Source: the human T2T-CHM13v2.0 reference genome, Homo sapiens
DNA length: 64,000 nt
Assembly: GCF_009914755.1 (NCBI RefSeq)
Contig: NC_060934.1
Reading direction: 5' to 3' (one strand)
Shown in pieces: positions 45,465-63,996 of this stretch (positions are counted from its first letter, which is position 1; each line of letters begins with the position of its first letter). The notes below the pieces were generated by a model. That model ran no database searches, had not been told where the DNA came from, and saw only the letters and a program-made list of their open reading frames with translations. The position numbers and the translations under genes are program-made.

Positions 45465-47629
45465 AAGAAAAAACGTCATGAGACGACTGTAAACAATTAT
45501 ATGCCAACAAACTGGATGACCCAGAAGAAATGGATAAATTCCTAGAATCATAAAACTTACCAAAATTGCATTATGAAGAAATAGAAAATCTGAACAGACT
45601 TGTAACTAGTAAAGAGATTCAATTAGTAATCAAAAACTTCTCAACGACAACAACAACAAAAAGCCCAGGACCAGATGGCTTCACTGGTAAACTCTAACAA
45701 ACATTTAAAGGAGGATTAATGCCAGTTCTTCACAAACTCTTTCAAAAAATTGAAGAGAAAGGAACACTTCTAAACTTATTTTATGAGGCCAGCATTATTC
45801 TGACACTTAAGCTACACAAAGATACTATAAGAAAAGAGACCCATGGGTCTATATCTCTAATGAACATGCATACAAAAATCTTCAACAAAATATTAAAAAA
45901 CTGAATTCAACAGAACATTAAGAGTTACAAAATAAGATCAAGTGGGATTTAACCATGGGATAGAAAGATGGTTCTGCATATAAAAATTAATTAATGATAT
46001 TCACCACATTAACAGTGCAGCACATTAACAGAAGAAAAGATAAAAATTCTATTATCACCTCAGTAGATGCAGAAAAGACACTTGATAAGATTTAATACCC
46101 TTTAATAGTAGTAACTATTAACAAGCTAGGAATATAAGGAATAACCTCAACATAATAAAGGCCATATAAGAAAAGCCCACAGCTATCACTATGCTCAATA
46201 GTGAAAAACTGAAAGCTTTTCCTCTAAAATCAGGAACAAGTCAAGGATGTCTACTTCAGCCACTTCTATTCAGCATAGTGCTGAAAGTTCTATCCAGAGC
46301 ATTTAGGCAAGAAAAAGAAATGGAAGACATTCAAGTCAGAAAAGAAATGACAAAAATAAGCAATAGAGAAAGACTTCCTATTCAATAAATGGTGCTGGGA
46401 TAACTGGCTAACCACATGCAGAAGAATGAAGCTGGACCCTGTCCTTACACCATATGCAAAAACAGATTAAAGACTAAATAGAATCAAGACGGATTAAAGA
46501 CTTAAATGTAAAACCCAAAACTGAAAACCCTGGAAGATAACCTAAGCAATATCACCTGAAACATAGGAATGGACAAAGATTTCATGACAAGACACCAGAA
46601 GCAATCGCCACAAAAGTAAAAACTGACAAATTGTATCTAATTAAATTAAGAGCTTCTGCGCAGCATAAACAAACAAAAAACAAAACAAAACAAAACAAAA
46701 AAACTATCAACCGAGTAAATAGACAACCTACAGAATGGGAGAAAATATTTGCAAACTATGCATCTGACAAAGGCCTAATATCCAGCATCTATAAGAAACT
46801 TAAACAAACGTACAAGAGAAAAACAAACCCATTAAAAAGTGGGCAAAGGGCATGAACAGACGTTTTTCAAAAGAAGACATAAATGAGGCCAACAAGTGTA
46901 TGAAAAAAAGCTCAATATCACTAATCATTAGGGTAATGCAAATCAAAACCACAAGAAGACATCATCTCCCAACAGTCAGAATGGTTATTATGCAAAACTC
47001 AAAAAGTAACAGATGCTAGCAAGATTGTGGAGAGAATGGAACACTTATACACTGTTGATGGGAGTGTAAATTGGTTCACCCATTGTGGAAAGCAGTATGG
47101 CAATTCCTCAAAGAGCTAAAAGTAGAACTACCATTCAACCCAACAATCCCATAGTACTGAGTATATACTCAGAGGAATATAAATCATTCTATCATAAAGA
47201 CATGTGTATACGTATATTCATTTCAGCACTATTCATAATAGCAAAGACATGGAATCAACCTGAATGCCCATCAGTGACAGATTAGATAAAGAAAATGTGG
47301 TACATATACAACATGGAATACTTTGAAGCCATAAAAAAGAATGGGATTGGCCAGGCGTGGTGGCTCACGCCTGTAATCTCAGCACTTTGGAAGGCTGAGG
47401 CGGGCAGATCACAAGGTCAGGAGATTGAGACCATCCTGGCAAACACAGTGAAACCCCGTCTCTACTAAAAATACAAAAAAATTAGCCTGGCGTGGTGGCG
47501 GGCGTCTGTAGTCCCAGCAACTAGGGAGGCTGAGGCAGGAGAATGGCGTGAACCTGAGAAGCGGAGCTTTCAGTGAGCCGAGATTGCGCCACTGCATTCC
47601 AGCCTGGGCAACAGAGCGAGACTCCGTCT

Positions 47630-47667
<38 letters not shown>

Positions 47668-48680
47668 ATGGGAAACATGGTTGGAGCTGGAAGCCATTAT
47701 CTTCAGCAAACTAATGTAGGAACAGAAAACCCAATACCATATATTCTCACTTACAAGTGGGAGCTAAATGATGAGAACTCATGAATACAAAGAAGGAGAC
47801 AACAGACACGGAAGTCTACTTGAGGGTGGAGGTTGGGAGGAGGGAGAGGAGCAAAAAGAATAATGATTGGGTGCTAAACTTAATACCTGGATGACAAAAT
47901 AATCTGTACAACAAACCCCCGTGACACAAGTTTACCTAAATAACAAACCTTCACACGTTCCCCTGAACCTAAAATAAAAGTTAAAAAGTATAAAGAACTT
48001 ATTCCAGTGGCAAAAAAAAGTGAAATTATCCTGGCTTGCAATGACATTATCTTATACACAGAAAATTCTAGCTCCGCAAAGAAACTGTTAGAACTAATAA
48101 GCAGACTGAGTAAAGTTGAAGGATACAGTATCAATGTACAAAAATCAGTTATTTTTCTGTCCACTAACAATAAACTATCTGATAAGGAACTTAAGAAAAC
48201 AATTCCATTTACAAAAAAAAAAGATACTTAAAATAGGCAAGCTATGGATTGCGTGAAAATAATACAACCATATATCTAATAAGAGGGTAATATTGAAAAT
48301 ATATGAGGAACTCCTACAACTCAATAGCAAAGAAAACACAAATAACCTGATTTTAAAATGGACAAAAGACTTGAATAAACATTTCTCCAGACAAGACATA
48401 CAAATGGCCAATTGGTATGTGACAAGATACTCAACATCATTAATTATCAGATAGTCTCACACCTACTAGGATGGCTATTATTTTAAAAAAACCACCAGAG
48501 AAAAATGTTAGCGAGAATGTGAAGAAATTGGAACTTTTGTATACTGTTGGTGGGAAGGTAAAAAGGTGCAGCCACTATAGAAAACAGTACGGAGGTTTCC
48601 AGAAATATTAAAAATAATATTACCCTGTGATCCAGCAATCCCACTTCTGGGTATATAGGCAGAAGAATTGAATTCAGGAA
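45465..48680 (+). mobile_element. L1MA-like ORF2 with a nested L1PA (about 46355-47990)
   Basis: RT-domain remnants ([14 protein letters not shown]) resume after the nested element (LACNDIILYTEN). Confidence 0.88.
47349..47665 (+). mobile_element. AluY
   Basis: gagaatggcgtgaacc diagnostic; 35-nt A-tail; TSD aaaaaagaatggga. Confidence 0.95.
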
Positions 48681-48699
48681 CTTTTCTTTTTGTATGTTA

Positions 48700-48968
48700 T
48701 ATGAATCGTATACTGTATTCTAATGATAAAGCTAGAGAAAAGAAAATGTTTTTAAAAATTATAAGGAAGACAAAATATATTTACTTTATTCATTAAGCAG
48801 AAGTAGATAATCATAAAAGTCCTCATTGTCTTCATGTTGAGAAGGCTGAGGAAGAGCAGAAGGAGGAGGAGGGGTTGGTCTTGTCTCAAGGGTGAGAGAT
48901 ATAAAAGAAAATCCACATGTGAGTGGACCTGCACAGTTTAGACCTGTGCGGTTCAAGGGTCGACTGTA
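48700..48968. mobile_element. Tigger3-like DNA transposon fragment
   Basis: aagctagagaaaagaaaatg..gtggacctgcacagtt..gttcaagggtcgactg-ta. Confidence 0.8.
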
Positions 48969-49519
48969 TTATTTTGTCTGATTATTTCATTAATATTGCT
49001 CTCTGTATTTAGACTATAAGCTCCATGAATGCAGTGCCTATGTATGTTTTCTACTTCTCTCTACCCCTGATGCCTTTTTCTGAAGCTGTTATATGATAAA
49101 GATTCAATGTCTATTGAAGGAATTAACACATCCTAATTTCTGTTCATTGTTTCACTAACTGCCTACTTCTATAACTCAGAACCTCTTGCCCTAGTTTTTG
49201 ATGTATTAGCTTAATTAATGTCTTTGTAGCAGAGTGTTAAGTTAGAAGTTTTATCTGAGTTGCAATTATAATGGACACCAGGTTCACATACACAATCAAG
49301 ATGCAAACTTTCAGAGGAAATGATAAGAACAAGTGTCTAATTCTTAGACACACCAGACACAGCCTCCACCTTCCTGCCCATATCAAGGATACAAGGGTCA
49401 AGAGAACAGAGATGAAGAGCATATTTGTGATGAGAATCTTTTTGGGGATAATGGTTCCATGGGTATTCCCTCTTGACCTCCACCTAACTTCAAGAGAGTG
49501 CTCACATGGGAATAATCAA

Positions 49520-52590
<3,071 letters not shown>

Positions 52591-54281
52591 ATTAATTGTT
52601 AAACAAAAAAAAGTGCCAAACAACTTCAAAACTGTAATTTGATGTTACTGGTAAACTGATTAAATCAGAAGAGATTTGAAATGGGGAGAGAAGAAATTAG
52701 TGGGAGAGAAAAATAGAGTTCATCGTAACTATTATTTCACTTTTGCATTTGTTTTTAGGAGAAAAACATGTTTATGGAAAGCTACAAGTGAAAATAAAAT
52801 TTAAAATGTTTGAAAACAAGCATGGTTTACATAGAAAATAAAAGAAACAAAGTTCAAAAATAAAAGTTGTAATAAATGAATATAAACTTAGACAAATCAA
52901 TTGTGATAATGAAGCCAAATAAGCTGGTCTTCCTCTCATGAAAGATATAGTCCTTTAAGAACAAAAGCCAATGAAGAGAGCTTATCATGTTCACCTAACA
53001 AAAGAGAAAGGTTAAATATTAAAGATACATCAGACACATTCAAATGAATAAACAAAAGGAAAATCAACAATATAAATTCTAGGGACAAAGTTTAAGACAA
53101 AAAGCATTAAATAAATAAAAGCCACTTGATACTTAAGGGTAAAATTTCTAATAAAGGTATAGAATTAGCAGCCTTTATACAAAATAAGATAAAATAAAGT
53201 ACAAAAAGCAAAAATATAAAATATGTGAAGAAATTAATTTAGGGTCATGGAAAACTGTTTTAGGGCTATTTATTCAGTAGACTAAGGAGATGCAAAATAA
53301 ATAAGTATAGAGAGAATGAGAATATAGTATAATTACATTAGAGGTATATATGCTTATGTATGTATACCCTTTATGTGTGCGTTTGTATACAGGTGTGCAT
53401 GTATGTATGTGTGTATCTTCTACAATCCAATCTAAGATTGCATCTTCATTTTAAGTGTCCATGAAACATTAGCAAAAATTTGAGCACATTTATGTCAGTA
53501 ATTTTCCAACTGTTTCTTTAGTGGAAATTTTATCAGGAACAATAAAAGTAGAGTTTTTCTGGTGGAAGAATGATTTGAAATTCTCAAAGCATTCACTTAG
53601 CCTTGCTTTTTTTACTTGAGACGGCTTTCGAATCACATTTTAAAAATTGAAATTAAAAATTAAAAATCAAAATTCTAAAAATTAAAATCCCTCTACTAGG
53701 TCATGATGATTCGTCTTTATAATTTACCTGAGCATAATGTAAAACATACATAAATAATTTTAAATTAAAATAGAATTGTTATGTTAAAGAAGAAATAAGG
53801 AATCAAAAATGAAATTTCAATCTATTTAAGAAGTAAAGAAAATGAGTATATATAACAAATTGAAATTCATGAGAGACTTCTTCTTTTAGCTATGATATAG
53901 AAAATGGTGTCAAATTATGCCTGCTGCTATAAACAACCAGAAAAATCAGACAAAATAGATGTTACAATGATTTTCAGACACTGAACAACAGAAAGTGTAA
54001 GACGATAATCCCTGCCACAACTTGAGCCCAAGATAAACCAACTCTCTGGGAACAGTTTCCAGATTATGGCACAGTGATCTGACATCCAAGCACAAAACAG
54101 TTCTCCTGCTACACAGAGGAGGGAGACATCAGCTTTCAAGGTGGCTTCAGTGGCTGGAGGTTGCAAGACATGAGGCACAGAGAAATACATGTGAGGAAAA
54201 ATAAATCGGGCAGAAATCTGTGTCGAATTTCCCCCAAAGTTTTTGGTGATGGCTGGGCTGCAAATGTACAAGACCTGACTA

Positions 54282-54597
<316 letters not shown>

Positions 54598-57078
54598 ACC
54601 TGACTACTTGAGGCCTACCAGAAAGTTACTAATATAAGTTTGTGAGTGGAACAGGATATTAGAATTTGAGCAGTGCTAGAGGATGTTAGAGTACTAGCCC
54701 AATCTGATGGAATAAACTTATTGACAGCTTGGATGTAAGAGGAAATCTTATATGGATAAAAATGAAAATACAACACATTAAAATATGTGGGATGCAGCTA
54801 AAGTAGCACTTGGAGGGAAATTAATAGCATTAAATGCTTATATTAGAAAAGAACATCTTAAATTAATCATTTTAGCTTCAATCTTGAGCAATTATAAAAA
54901 AAGAAGACCAAAATAAACTCAAAGGAAGCAGAAGGAAGAAATAGTAAAGATAACAGAAAGCAATGGAATTGAAAGCAGGAAAGCAATTGAGAAAGCAACT
55001 TAACCAAAAGCTGATTTTTGAAAAGATGAATACAATTGATAAACCTCTAGCAAAATTGACACAGAAAGACAAAAACGACTAATATCTGGAATGAAATAGG
55101 AAATCACTACAGACTCATTCAAACTAAAAGGATAATACAGGAATTGTCTAAACCAACTTTATGCACATAAATTTGACAAATTGGATGAAATCAATCAATT
55201 CCTTAAGAATTACAAATAACTAAAACTCACCGAAGGTAAGAGATAATTTGAATAATCTTAGAGCTATGTTAAAAATTAAAAAAACAAAACCTCCTGAAAA
55301 AGAGATCTTCAAGCCCAGATGGTTTCACTGGTAAATTCTATCCAACATTTATAAAAGAATTAACATCAATTCTACACAATCTCTTCCAGAAAATAGATTA
55401 GGGAACAATACCAAACTCACTTTATGGTAACGACATTACCTTGATTTAATACAACAAGAACAAACACAAAACTGATGGAGTACAGAAAGAAAACTACAAA
55501 TCAATGTCCCTCATAAACATAGATGCAAAAATCTCAACAAAATATTAGCAAATCAACTATAGCATAAAAAGAATACTATACCATGCCTGAGTGAGTGGAG
55601 TTTATCATAGAAATGCAAGACAAGTTCCATATTTGAAAATCAACTAATGTTTTCCCCACACTGGCAAGCAAAAGAACAAAGCCCCATGATCATGGGAATT
55701 GATACAGCAAAAGCGATTGACAAAATTCAAAATCCATTTATAATAACTTTTGGCAAACCAGACCTAGGAAAATTGTTTAACTTGGCAAAGGACATCTACA
55801 AAAATCCTACTGCTAACATCATTCTAAATTGTGAAAGACTGAAAACTTTTCCTTCTAAGGTCGGAAACAAAGCAAGGATGTTCACTCTCACCATTCATAT
55901 TCAAAATTGTACTGGAAATTCTAGCCAGTGAACAAGGCAAGTAAAACAAATAAAAGGCATACAGATTGGGAAGGAAGAAATAAAACGTTCCTAATCCCAG
56001 GTAATATGATCATCAGTGTAGAAAAATAGGAATCTAGGAACCTAGAAAATACTCCTAGAACTAATGTGTTTAGCAAGGCAGGATACAAGGTTAACACACC
56101 AAAAGCTGTTGTATTTGGATAGTTTAACAATTAGAAGTTGGAAACCAATTAGAAAAAACAAAACAAAACATAAAGTCAGGAACTATGTAGTTTGGCATTT
56201 TTTAATAGCCAAATGTCCTTTTACCATATGACCCAGCAATTGTATTCCTTGTTATTTACTCATAAATAAAAACATATGTCCACACAAATCTTGTGCATAA
56301 ATTTTTACAGTGCCTCATTCATAATTATCAAAATCTGAAATGGCACAAATGGGTAAACAAATGGTAATACATCTATGCAATGGAAAACTACTCAATAATA
56401 AAAACAGAAATGAATTACTTATACTTGCAACAACATGGATGAATTTCAAACACATTATGCTAAGTGAAAAATCTAGACTCAAGGAGTTACCTATGATATG
56501 ATTCCAGTTATAAGACAATCTGAAAAGAAAACTCCATAGAAACAGGGAACATATTAGTGGTTTCTGGTTGCTGGGGTTAGGGTAGAGGACTGATTACCAG
56601 AGAAAATGAGGAACATTTTTGAAATACTACAGATATTCTATATCTTATTTACTTAATTGATAGTACATGCTTGACCAAACTCATTGAACTATACACATGA
56701 AAAGCATCAATTTTAATGTATGTAAATCATAACTTAATAAAACTATTTAAAAACACATATTGTAAAAAGCAAAAATTCTTAACAAATTAGTGATGGAAGG
56801 AAATATTTTTAATTTGGTAATGTGATTCTATAAAAACCTGCAGCTAATGTCAGACTTATGGTGATAGACTGAATACTTTCTCCCTAAATTTAGGAAGAAT
56901 TTGGAAATCTATCTGTAGACAAAGATTTTTGTATTAGATACAAAAAGCACAAATCAAAAAAATAAACCTATACATTGATAATTGATAAAATATCAAAAAA
57001 AGTTCAACTTTTGCTCATCAAAAGATGCCATTAAGAAAATGGACCGTAGAGCTACGGATTGGAAGATAGTATTCTCAA

Positions 57079-57612
57079 TTGGGTATATACCCAAAGGACT
57101 ATAAATCATGCTGCTATAAAGACACATGCACACGTATGTTTATTGCGGCACTACTCACAATAGCAAAGACTTGGAACCAACCCAAATGTCCAACAACGAT
57201 AGACTGGATTAAGAAAATGTGGCACATATACACCATGGAATACTATGCAGCCATAAAAAAGGATGAGTTCATGTACTTTGTAGGGACATGGATGAAATTG
57301 GAAATCATCATTCTCAGTAAACTATCGCAAGAACAAAAAACCAAACACCACATATTCTCACTCATAGGTGGGAATTGAACATTGAGAGCACATGGACACA
57401 GGAAGGGGAACATCACACTCTGGGGACTGTTGTGGGGTGGGGGGAGGGGGGAGGGATAGCATTGGGAGATATACCTAATGCTAGATGACGAGTTAGTGGG
57501 TGCAGCGCACCAGCATGTCACATGTATACATATGTAACTAACCTGCACATTGTGCACATGTACCCTAAAACTTAAAGTATAATAATAAAAAAATAAAAAT
57601 AAATAAAAAAAA
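57079..57612 (+). mobile_element. Young L1PA 3' end
   Basis: GIYPKDYKSCCYKDTC..IGGN plus 3'UTR and A-tail. Confidence 0.95.
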
Positions 57613-58609
57613 TACATCTTTCTGGCAAAGATGTTGTATCCAGGATATATACACACATTCTGTAACTCAATATTAAAAAGACAATCAATTTTTAATGACA
57701 AATTTTATAAGATATGCTGCATAGAAAGATATACAAATAGCCATTAAGCAGAAGAAAAAGCACTCAAGATGATTACGCATTAGGAAAATGTGTTACAACC
57801 AAAATGAGATATCACTCCTCACTCACTAGAATGACTAAACTGGAGACAACCCAAGTGTCCACCAACAGAAAGAGAAATAAAAAGATTTTGGTATTCATGT
57901 AATAGAATGCAATCTGGCAGTAAAAATGAATGACCAATTCATATATGGAACCACACAGATGCATCTTAAAAACATTATGCAGACTCAAAAAAGCAAAATA
58001 ATTCATACTGTATAATTCCACTGGTATGAAGTTGTAGAAGACGCAAACCTAATCCAAGATTATAAAAATAAGAAAGCTGGTTGCTTAGAGGTGGAGGATT
58101 TAGGAAAGAGGCATGACAAAACTTTCTGGGATGATGAGAATATTCTTTGTCTTGAAAGTAGGAGGGGTTATACAAGTTCATACATTATACACAAGTTTTG
58201 TACATTTCACAATATACGATTTAACCTTTATCATGGTCTGGATGAAAACTACAGTGAGAAATATCTCTAACCCAATTAGACGCACAAAAATCAGAAAACT
58301 TGACAATGTACTTGTTAGTCAAGGCTGTGGAAGATAGATACAGTGGTGCTAAGAATATAAATGCAAATTAGTTTAAATCCCTTTGGTGGAAAACTTGACA
58401 ATATCTGAACCACAGCCACACGTTTACCCTTTGATGCAATCTACTCACCTCTTGGGTTCTATTCCAAAGATATTCTTGCAAAAATGCAAAATGACTGAAA
58501 AGTAAGGTCATTCATTATGTACTATTTTAAATAGTAAAAAATGAAAGTAGCTTAAAGCTCCACTCATAGAAGGCAGATTTATAAGCATTTGTAAATCATA
58601 ATGGATTTA

Positions 58610-58765
58610 GGTAGGACATACCATGAAAACTCCTTCTAGCCTCTCCTAAAAAGAATAGGGAGACATTAACTTGAATGACAGTACAAAGGGAAGGGAAATA
58701 ACCAAGCTTTAGTGGCAAGTAGGAAGAGATTAGTGAATGCTTCCAATAATTCAGCAAGCGGCATA
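58610..58765 (+). mobile_element. ERVL/MaLR-like internal fragment (protease start)
   Basis: Encodes KGNNQAL-like motif; homologous to 60035-60180. Confidence 0.5.
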
Positions 58766-59599
58766 TGATAATGATAATTCATGATATAACTTCAAAAAAT
58801 CTTTGAAATGTTTCCAAATTATATTTAAAAATTGTATGTATTTAAATGTTTTCATTATTAAAATGAATGAATTAAAAGGGCAATTCAAGATCTGGAAAAG
58901 AAGACAACAGGTACCATTATATTATGAGAAAATAAATAATAAACGTAATGGCAGAACTAGAGAAAAACAGCCATTTTGATAAATTAATGTAGGTGCTACG
59001 TCTTTTTAGCAGATGGAGATACATTTATAGCAATTCCAAAAGGGAGCAAATGCAAACAAATTAAGATAATAAACAGAGAAATTTTAAATCATAAGACAAT
59101 AACATTCATGAGAGTGGTTGATACATTTGAAAATATTGATAAACTGGTTGGTTTTCTAGAAAAAATAAGATAACCAAAATTTTATTCAAGAAATGGAAAA
59201 CTTAGAAGAGATTTTAAAATTTTTCAGAGAATTTTTCAAAGAATTGCATTTTTAAAAAATGCATTCTTCCCACTTAGTGTAATAAATGATTTCTTTCTAT
59301 TTAAACTTGTAGTTTTAAGAAACAGAATGTGAAGAATAAGATGGAGCTATTCATAACTCAACCAAGCACAGAAAAGAAACTATACTAATCTCGTTTATGA
59401 GTGTGGCTGTTAAAATCCTAAATAACACAAGAAGCTGAAATCCAACTATATTGTATATTAAAGAATAATCCAACATGATAAAATAGGGTTTATCCAGAAT
59501 TTCAAGTATAACCTTTTTCTTGAGTTCTCTATTTTCTCCCCTGTTCCCCAAAATATCCCTGTGGAATGTATAGGTGGTAAGAATACTAGGACTCAAAAA

Positions 59600-60190
59600 A
59601 AACTAAGCAGGTCTTCCTAGACCATGAATTCTGGTAAAAGGGACTGAAATTGTAATGGATTGGGATAGAAGATGTTTGGTGCTGGTCAGCCTAGAGGCAG
59701 ACTTCAAACAAGGAACATGGTGGGGATGAATTGCTCAACAGCCAACAGAACAAGTACAGTCATATTTTTTAGAATTGTCTAAAAGGTAGATGTCTCTGGT
59801 TATGTATAAATAATCACAGAGTCCATAAAATAAAATAAATAACTCAGTAGGGAGTTACTTGTTATGTGATACAAACATTTCTCTAAGTTGTTTTATCAGG
59901 GGCCTGATTCAGACCACTTATCTAGTCATGACACATTAGCCTCTTTCCAGACCTGGTTTACTTTACAAATGCAGAGCCTTTTGAAAAGTGGAAGGCTCAC
60001 TATGCCTCATGAAAGATGATGGTATGTCATATAAAAGTATACCATGAAAATTCCTCCTAGCCTTTTCTAAAGGATGTGGAGCCATTAACCTTCATGCTAG
60101 TACCTGAAGAAGGGAAATAATCAAATTTTAATGATGAATGAGGAGAGACTGGTGGCTGTTTATACTAATTTAACAAACACTATTTTCTTT
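59600..60190 (+). mobile_element. ERVL/MaLR-like internal fragment (gag end to protease start)
   Basis: LWLCINNHRV (~LWHWLINHGV) and YTMKIPPSLF*R..PLT..KGNNQI resemble HERV-L gag-pro. Confidence 0.6.
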
Positions 60191-60648
60191 AGATTAGTAA
60201 ATCCTTGACAACCAACTTACTGACAGTGCACCATCATAATAGGAATAAGTTTCAGGCAATAAATTAAGCTTTTACTAAGACTGTTTTTAGAGGACCTAAT
60301 ACATCCAAACTTATATTAATGAATATTTTCCAAGTTCTTGAATAGATAGAATAGATGTCCCGAACTGAAGGAAACCTCCCATTGTTTCCCTGACTCACAG
60401 AATAAGAGATATGCTACAAAGAATAGTGGATCTATACTCACCAGTAAAAATGGTGGATCAAAATCAACATAATCTATATTTCTACTTCTAAATAGGGTGT
60501 GGCATATTTCAGCAAGCCAACACTAAGCAACAACTAGAAAAAATGATGGATACATTTTACAAAGTAATATTTGTAGGGATACCAGAAAGGTCAAAAGAAC
60601 TGGTTCCACAGAGAAAGAACCCTTCTTGTTTGGGCTAATAATTGCTAG

Positions 60649-61050
60649 CTGCTATGGTTTGGATGCGGTTTGTTCCCACCAAAACTCATGTTGAAATATG
60701 ATTCCAAATTGTCAGTTTCAGTGTGAATGTTGAGAAGTGGGAACTCGTGGGAGGTGTTTGGGTCACATGGGCAGATCCTTCGTAAATAGACTAATGCCTT
60801 CTTCTAAGGGTGAGTTCTCACTCTTGCACAACTGGGTTACTTACCATGAAGTGGGTTGTTCCTTCTTATATTTAGTTTTTTTACACATTCCCACTCCCTC
60901 CCTTCTGGTTTCTACCATGAGTTGAAGCAGTACGTGACCGTCATCAGATAGGCTACCTGATTTTGCAGTTCCCTGCCTCTAGAATCATGAAACAAATAAA
61001 CTTATCTCGTTATAAATTACTCAGTCTCAGGTATTCTGTTACTGCAACAC
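60649..61050. mobile_element. MST-type MaLR solo LTR
   Basis: tgctatggtttggatgcggtttgttcccaccaaaactcatgttgaaat..tcagtctcaggtattctgtta. Confidence 0.88.
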
Positions 61051-61751
61051 AGAACCCATTAGATCACTAACCATTTACTTCCCTGAGGCCATTCACTTGC
61101 TCTAAGGGCAGGTGCAAATTCATTTGCCTAGGGAAAGACGCCCTAGTAGGGGAAAGAGAAACCAGTCGAGTTTTTGACAGATGTGATAGATTAGAAATGA
61201 TGATTCCCAAACACTTGGTTTGTACCAGGAGACGTTAGTTAAGTTCTGGAATTGTGCAATACACTGAAGAGAAGCCAAGTAATTTATAGATGGCAGACTA
61301 AAATCTCCTGCAGTGCATAAGAAATACATCTTGCTAGAGATAGGAAGTTTGACATAAATACAGGGTGAGTTTCTCCTTAAGACATATGGTAGATTTTTGA
61401 AGCTGTCTAGAGTAGGAGCTAAAGAGCTAAGCTCAAAATCTCTAAATAATAGAACTGAGTCTTGTTTAATTTTTTAGGGCTAAGAAGAAGAGACTAACCA
61501 AAATCTCAATCAAATGCCAACGTGGACTAGACCTGAAGAAAAGGGATGAGCCAGAGTTAAACTAAGTTTCACTAAATACAGCAGAAGACAGGATGATTGA
61601 ACCTGAAGATAGGTTAATTAAAAATATCTAAAACACAAAGGGAAAAAATATAGAAAAAACATAACAGATTTAAAAATATATTGGAGAGTAGATAAAGCAT
61701 AAGACAGAAGCAATACTAGAAGAGATAATTGTTTTTTAAAATTTCAAAACT

Positions 61752-62020
<269 letters not shown>

Positions 62021-62149
62021 TCAAAACTAATGAAAGATGTCTACACAAATCCAAAAAGCTCAAAGAAACTCAAGAAGGATCAATTTAAAAAAAAAAAACC
62101 CACACAAAATTTAAACTGCTTAAAACCAAAGAGTATTTTATAATGCTTA

Positions 62150-63750
62150 AAGTTTTCCATTTTGTTTCCTCTGTTCTGTGCTTACTTTTGTATTTTTTAG
62201 TGGTTACACTAGAGATTATAACATGCATTCTTATGTTGTCATAGTGTACTTTGAATTAATGTTATCTAAATTAACAAGGCGATAATTTTATAACTATATA
62301 TTTCATTTTATCTTCCACCAACCCTTTATAGTACTGTTAACACATATTTTATTTCTGCCTATATTTAAAACTCTGTAATATATTGGCTTTATATTTGCCA
62401 ATTTACTTTTAAAAATAGGGAAAAAAGGCTTCTCATATCCACCTACATATATTTTTATTACTCTTTTTTCTTTCTTGATATCTTAGTTTCCATTTTCATG
62501 TTAGGTGGGATCATTTCTGCATAAAATTATTTTAGTATTTTGTGTAGTGTGTTTCCAGGCATGATATACTGTCTCAGTCTTTTTTTCCTTGGTTTTAAAA
62601 TATCTTCATGTTCATCCTCATTTGTGAAGAGTATTTTCTCTGTAATAAAATTCTAGGTTGATAGTTTTTTCTTTTCTTCCCAATACATTAAAGATAGTCC
62701 ATTTATTCTGGCTTCTATTGTTTCTCATGAGAAGTCAACTGTCAATTTCATTGTTCTCTGATTTAATGTCTTTTCTGACTGCCTAAGAAGATCTCATCAC
62801 TTTTAGTTTTCAGCTGTTTGACTATGATTGGCTTGGGTATAATTTCTTTTTCCATTTCTTTCTTTCTTATTTTTTTAGAGACAAGGTCTCATTTTGTCAT
62901 CCAGGCTGGAGTGCAGTGGCACCATCATAGCTCACTGCCACCTTCAACTCCTAGGTTCAAGGGGTCCTCCCACCTCAGCTTCCTGAGTAGCTAGGATGAC
63001 AGATGCATGCTACTGTGCCCGGTAACATTTTATTTTTATTTCATAGAGACAGGGTTTCATCATCTTGTGCAGACTGGTCTCCAACTCCCGAACTCAAGTG
63101 ATCCTCCTGCCTCAGCCTCCCAAAATGCTAGGATTACAGGCATGAGCCACCATGCCCAGACAGGTATTTTTTTTTAATGTTTGTCCTGCTTGGGATTACC
63201 AAGTTTCTTGGCTTTCTGGGTTAATGTATTCATCCATTTTTGAAAATTATTGGTCATTATTTATTCTAGTATTGTTTTTGCCCCATTCTCTCTATCCTCT
63301 CTTTCTGAGGCTGAAATTAAGTGTATGTGAGACCATGTGATATCATCACAAAAATCCCTAATAGCTTTTTCTTTTATTCATTTATTTCCCCTGTGCTTCC
63401 GGTAATTTTTCAAACTGTTTACAAATTCTACTGTGTCCAGTCTTTTGCTACCCTATCCAAAGAATCCATTTTTTATAAACTATATTTTTAAGTTCTATAA
63501 TTTCCTTTTGATTAAAAAACAGTTTTGATATCTTTGTTGAAATAACTCAATGTTTTACTCATTTTTTCCAAATTTTCTTCTAAAGTTTTTAATATATTAG
63601 TACTTTTATGCTAATGTCCTTGTCATCCTTCCTCAGTTATGAGTTTTCTTTTTTCTGATTTTTTTAAAATTCATGGATCATACATTTCTCCCTCTTTGCA
63701 TATCTCATAATTTTATTATATAATAAACATCATGTATAAAATAATAGTAG
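62150..63750 (-). mobile_element. Old L1M fragment interrupted by AluJ
   Basis: Degenerate antisense L1 (ctggcttctattgtttctcatgagaagtcaactgtcaat). Confidence 0.7.
62860..63160 (-). mobile_element. AluJ
   Basis: catcatagctcactgcc diagnostic. Confidence 0.92.
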
Positions 63751-63960
63751 AGACTAGAGTACTTATTATTTGGCCTCCAAAAAGTACTTGACCTTTTCTC
63801 TGTCAGTTATCTAATAAGATAGACTATCTCTGATCTACTAAGAAGCTGAGCTGTGTCAAGGCTGGGTTACTTCAGCTCACCTCTGCATTTTAAATGTCTT
63901 AAGAATGGGATCAGCCTTCTCTCTCCAATAGGATTTTAAATCTAAGCATAGCAAGACTGA

Positions 63961-63995
<35 letters not shown>

Positions 63996-63996
63996 T
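63961..63996. repeat. (TC)n microsatellite
   Basis: Interrupted TC run at the window end. Confidence 0.9.
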
